From Syntrophaceae bacterium UBA2251 (GTDB lineage: Bacteria > Desulfobacterota > Syntrophia > Syntrophales > UBA2251), in NCBI GenBank assembly GCA_002347815.1, contig DDXV01000042.1, forward strand, positions 6,720 through 70,719: 64,000 bases of DNA. The letters run 5' to 3'. The notes under the pieces are model-generated. The model was not told the origin of the DNA. It searched no databases and worked only from the letters and a program-made list of their open reading frames with translations. The translations under genes and the position numbers were made by a program. Every line of letters starts with the position of its first letter. Positions within the stretch are counted from its first letter, which is position 1. Positions 62,251 through 64,000 of this stretch are shown here, in pieces.

Positions 62251-63276
62251 TCAGAAAAGGTCCGACTGGGGCTGCCCCAGCCAGGTCCGGCCGAAGTGCT
62301 CGTAGGCGATGCGCGTGGCGACGCGCCCCCGCGCCGTGCGCTGGAGGTAGCCCTCCTGGATCAGGTAGGGTTCGTAAACGTCCTCGAGCGTGGTCTTCTC
62401 TTCGCCGATGGCAGCGGACAGGTTGTCGATCCCGACCGGCCCCCCGTCGAACTTGTCGATCAAGGTCAGCAGGATCGTCCGGTCCATGTGGTCAAACCCC
62501 TGGGGGTCCACGTCGAGAAGCTTCAGGGCGTCGAGCGCCACCCGGCGGTTCACGACGCCGTCGGCCCGGACTTCGGCAAAATCGCGGACCCGCTTGAGCA
62601 GGCGATTCGCGATGCGCGGCGTTCCCCGGGAGCGGCAGGCGATCTCCTCCGCCCCGGCCCGGTCGATGCCGATGTCAAGGATGCCGGCGGACCGCTTGAT
62701 GATGACGGCCAACTCCTCCGGGGTGTAATATTCAAACCGGAAGGCCATTCCGAAACGGTCCCGGAGCGGCGAGGTCAGGAGTCCCGCCCGCGTCGTGGCG
62801 CCGATCAGCGTGAAGTGCGGGATCTCGAGCTTCATCGACCGGGCGGACGGTCCCTGGCCGATGAGGATGTCGATATGGAAATCCTCCATGGCCGGGTAGA
62901 GGATCTCCTCCACCACATGCGAAAGCCGGTGGATCTCGTCGATGAAGAGGATGTCGTGCTCGTGCAGGTTCGTCAGGATCGCCGCCAGGTCCCCCGGACG
63001 CTCGATGACCGGACCCGACGTCACCTTGACGTCAACCTCCAGTTCCCGCGCCACGATGTAGGCGAGCGTCGTCTTCCCCAGGCCCGGCGGTCCGTAGAGA
63101 AGCACGTGATCCAGGGCCTCGCGGCGTCGGCGGGCCGCCTCGATGAAGACGGCCAGGTTCGACTTGATCTTTTCCTGGCCGATGTACTCCGTGAGGGAGC
63201 GGGGGCGCAGGGAGGTCTCGAACACCCCTTCCGCCTCCGCCGCCTCCGGCTCGATCACCGGGTTCTTGTCCGACAT
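62251..63276 (-). CDS. ruvB: Holliday junction helicase RuvB
   Basis: [49 protein letters not shown]. Confidence 0.98.
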   Translation of the reverse strand: MSDKNPVIEPEAAEAEGVFETSLRPRSLTEYIGQEKIKSNLAVFIEAARRRREALDHVLLYGPPGLGKTTLAYIVARELEVDVKVTSGPVIERPGDLAAILTNLHEHDILFIDEIHRLSHVVEEILYPAMEDFHIDILIGQGPSARSMKLEIPHFTLIGATTRAGLLTSPLRDRFGMAFRFEYYTPEELAVIIKRSAGILDIGIDRAGAEEIACRSRGTPRIANRLLKRVRDFAEVRADGVVNRRVALDALKLLDVDPQGFDHMDRTILLTLIDKFDGGPVGIDNLSAAIGEEKTTLEDVYEPYLIQEGYLQRTARGRVATRIAYEHFGRTWLGQPQSDLF

Positions 63277-63336
63277 CGCGCGTCTCTCCCTTTCCCTTTT
63301 TCCTTCGCTCCCGCGCCCTTTCGAGCCGGTCCGTCG

Positions 63337-63945
63337 TCATCCGGCCAGCCGCTTCAGGGCCTCCTTGAGCAGGACGTCCAGCGAAGGCGGCTCGGCCGCC
63401 GCCGCAATGACCGCATCCACGGCCTCCCGGGCGGCCGCCGGCTTATACCCCAGATTGGTCAGGGCGGACAGGGCGTCCTCCTTCAGGAACTCCAGGGAGA
63501 CGACCCGGCGCTCCCCGGCGCCGGCGGGCATCGCCGCGTCGAGGCGGGCGATCTTGTCCCGCAGTTCCACGATCAGCCGTTCGCCCATCTTCTTTCCCAC
63601 CCCGGGGATGCCGACCAGACGGCCCAGATTGCCCTGCAGGATGGCCGCGACAAACTCGGCGGCGGAAATCCCGGAAAGGATGTTCAGGGCCAGACGCGGA
63701 CCGATCCCGGAGACGCCCAGCATGACCTGGAAGATTTCACGCTCGCGCTCCGCATGGAACCCGTACAGGCTGATGGCGTCTTCCCGCACCTGGGTGTGGA
63801 TGTGCAGGGCGATCCGCTCCCCCGCCTCGGGAAGCTCGTAGAAGGTCGTTAGCGGCACGAAGACGCGGTAGCCGACGCCCTGGGCGTCGATCACGATGAA
63901 GTTGACGGTCTTGTGAATCAGCGTTCCGCTCAGCCGGGCAATCAT
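63337..63945 (-). CDS. ruvA: Holliday junction binding protein RuvA
   Basis: MIARLSG, GVGY.V, VRED...LYGF, GVSGIGPRLA, IPGVGKK.GERL, ALTNLGY. Confidence 0.97.
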   Translation of the reverse strand: MIARLSGTLIHKTVNFIVIDAQGVGYRVFVPLTTFYELPEAGERIALHIHTQVREDAISLYGFHAEREREIFQVMLGVSGIGPRLALNILSGISAAEFVAAILQGNLGRLVGIPGVGKKMGERLIVELRDKIARLDAAMPAGAGERRVVSLEFLKEDALSALTNLGYKPAAAREAVDAVIAAAAEPPSLDVLLKEALKRLAG

Positions 63946-64000
63946 TCAGGCGGGTGTTTCCTTTCTGGTGTGGGCGTGGCAGATGGCGACGGCCAGGGCA
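63946..64000 (-). CDS. ruvC: RuvC C-terminus (partial)
   Basis: Reads ALAVAICHAHTRKETPA* and ends directly before the ruvA ATG. Confidence 0.85.
   Translation of the reverse strand, partial: ALAVAICHAHTRKETPA

Overview
GC-rich bacterial chromosomal segment, mostly housekeeping. Gene content and protein style suggest a syntrophic/anaerobic Desulfobacterota (Deltaproteobacteria); this is inference. About 55 CDS are supported. I found no tRNA, rRNA, CRISPR array, transposase, integrase or phage gene. Layout: (1) 1-8.8 kb, a minus-strand sigma54-type acyl-CoA/beta-oxidation cluster led by a BKACE enzyme. It carries three lesions: an in-frame TAG, a 700-bp mosaic of Zn-ribbon/OB-fold and SCP2-type thiolase fragments, and a 1-nt frameshift in the CoA ligase. 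(2) GAF-PAS kinase, Opp/Dpp permeases, rsfS-comF-rfaE2-MFS, a structured intergenic region with a C13 tract, csp and a DEAD helicase. (3) 20.9-28.4 kb, a peptidoglycan-salvage-like cluster (SpoIID/LytB, MurU-like, AmgK-like, GT2, GNAT, DUF4922-like, M15 peptidase, RlpA). (4) abfD, recC-recB-recD and a sensor with no output domain. (5) A 14-repeat WD40 + caspase-like gene whose signal peptide is out of frame across a G7/C7 tract. (6) dksA, priA, fmt, cyclase, rsmB, purC, dnaJ, DUF4390-ntrY-ntrX, lpxC with a near-consensus sigma54 promoter, queH and ruvCAB. All product calls come from motif recognition by eye; no database search was run.
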